DNA of 64,000 bases from Patescibacteria group bacterium. GTDB taxonomy: Bacteria > Patescibacteriota > Minisyncoccia > UBA6257 > 2-01-FULL-56-20. Of this stretch, positions 63,414 through 64,000 are shown piece by piece (position 1 is the first letter of the stretch; each line of letters begins with the position of its first letter). The notes under the pieces were generated by a model. The model was not told the origin of the DNA, did not search any database, and worked only from the letters and a program-made list of their open reading frames with translations. Location of the stretch: NCBI GenBank assembly GCA_038063755.1, contig JBBTUL010000011.1:3946-67945 (forward strand). The letters run 5' to 3'. The position numbers were made by a program, and so were the translations under genes.

Positions 63414-64000
63414 TATTCAAGATATACGCGGTGTCAGTTGTGATGGCGCTCGGCATTCTTGGTGCGTTCGGAGCACTTCAATTTGTACTTGCGGACGGAT
63501 CAAGCACCGCAGTAGTCGTCCAGAACGCCGCTCCCTCGGTGAGTGCCGTTGATTTGACGGCGAATCCGATTACCCTTACCGAGAATACTTCTACGACCGT
63601 TACTATTACGGCGACCGTGACCGATTCGAACGGTTGCGACGACGTATTTACGAGCGGCACCATTCTTGCGACAGTCTATCGATCCGGGCTCGCGGCGACT
63701 TCCTCATGCTCGGCGGATGAAAATAACTGCTACAGAAACGTTCCTCTTGCGGAAGTGGGGAATACTTGCACGGGAGGGAGCGATACGACAGGAGACGCGT
63801 CGGGAACGATCCCGCTTTGGTATTTCGCCGAGGCAACGGATGCAAGCTCGACCTATCCCACCGAGACCTGGCAGGTTGCGGTTACCGCGCGCGATGCGAC
63901 GGGAGACTCCGGAACTTCAACCGACAGCACTCCTCCGGAGCTTAATTCGCTCTATGCCTTGAACGTCACGTCCGCCATCAACTTTGGAACAGTTCCGCCG
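63414..64000 (+). CDS. Secreted protein, 3-prime truncated by window edge; paralog of the C-terminal NNCYR domain of the preceding giant protein
   Basis: Hand translation: MNPIFKIYAVSVVMALGILGAFGA...SSCSADENNCYRNVPLAEVGNTC...NVTSAINFGTVPP. It aligns position-for-position with residues ~1500-1650 of the 58193 protein. Confidence 0.7.

Noticed and set aside
1-64000. CRISPR arrays / cas genes
   Set aside because: No short direct repeats with regular spacer periodicity anywhere in the window, and no Cas-like proteins among the ORFs.

Overview
This 64-kb window reads as a single chromosomal segment with small-genome, Patescibacteria/CPR-like gene content; the phylum call is an inference from gene content, not a measured result. 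Coding is dense and mostly on the + strand. Housekeeping genes include uvrA (cut by the window edge), a short uvrC, glmS, typA, yrdC/tsaC, rpsP-khpA, efp, mnmA, rpsB with a short tsf, recO, an archaeal/eukaryote-type glyRS, mreB, holB, frr, rseP, dus, and a class II B12-dependent RNR (nrdJ) followed by a cob(I)alamin adenosyltransferase. Two tRNAs are present: tRNA-Tyr(GTA) on the + strand and tRNA-Pro(TGG) on the minus strand. Between them sit accessory blocks. (1) At 10.6-18.3 kb, four unusual genes: a 915-aa orphan protein whose second half carries ordered metallophosphoesterase-like motifs, a membrane protein built from three internal repeats, a HAD hydrolase, and a ClpA/B-type AAA+ module fused to a novel repeat-bearing N-terminus. 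(2) At 26.8-28.4 kb, murA fused to an XRE helix-turn-helix domain, with a perfect 13-bp palindrome ending 3 nt before its start codon. (3) At 40.9-45.6 kb, a mirror-arranged cluster of nucleotide-modifying enzymes: two NUDIX hydrolases, two histidine phosphatases, a fusion of a PPAT-like nucleotidyltransferase with a TadA-like deaminase, and an AT-rich nucleotidyltransferase. (4) At 46.8-55.2 kb, a type IV pilus locus: CheY-like receiver, pilB, pilC and five prepilin-like genes, one of them a 586-aa giant pilin. (5) At 58.2-64 kb, a 1707-aa surface protein that shares WDG(S/T)xW repeats with the giant pilin and whose C-terminal domain is duplicated in the next, truncated gene. Several genes (rpsP, rpsB, mreB, tRNA-Tyr) have near-consensus -35/N17/-10 promoters placed so the transcript would begin at or a few nt before the ATG, i.e. 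leaderless. Two GC-rich structured non-coding stretches (23.04-23.2 kb and 55.33-55.6 kb) and a long hairpin-rich leader upstream of nrdJ are not explained by the annotated features. No CRISPR arrays, rRNA or clear mobile-element genes were seen.
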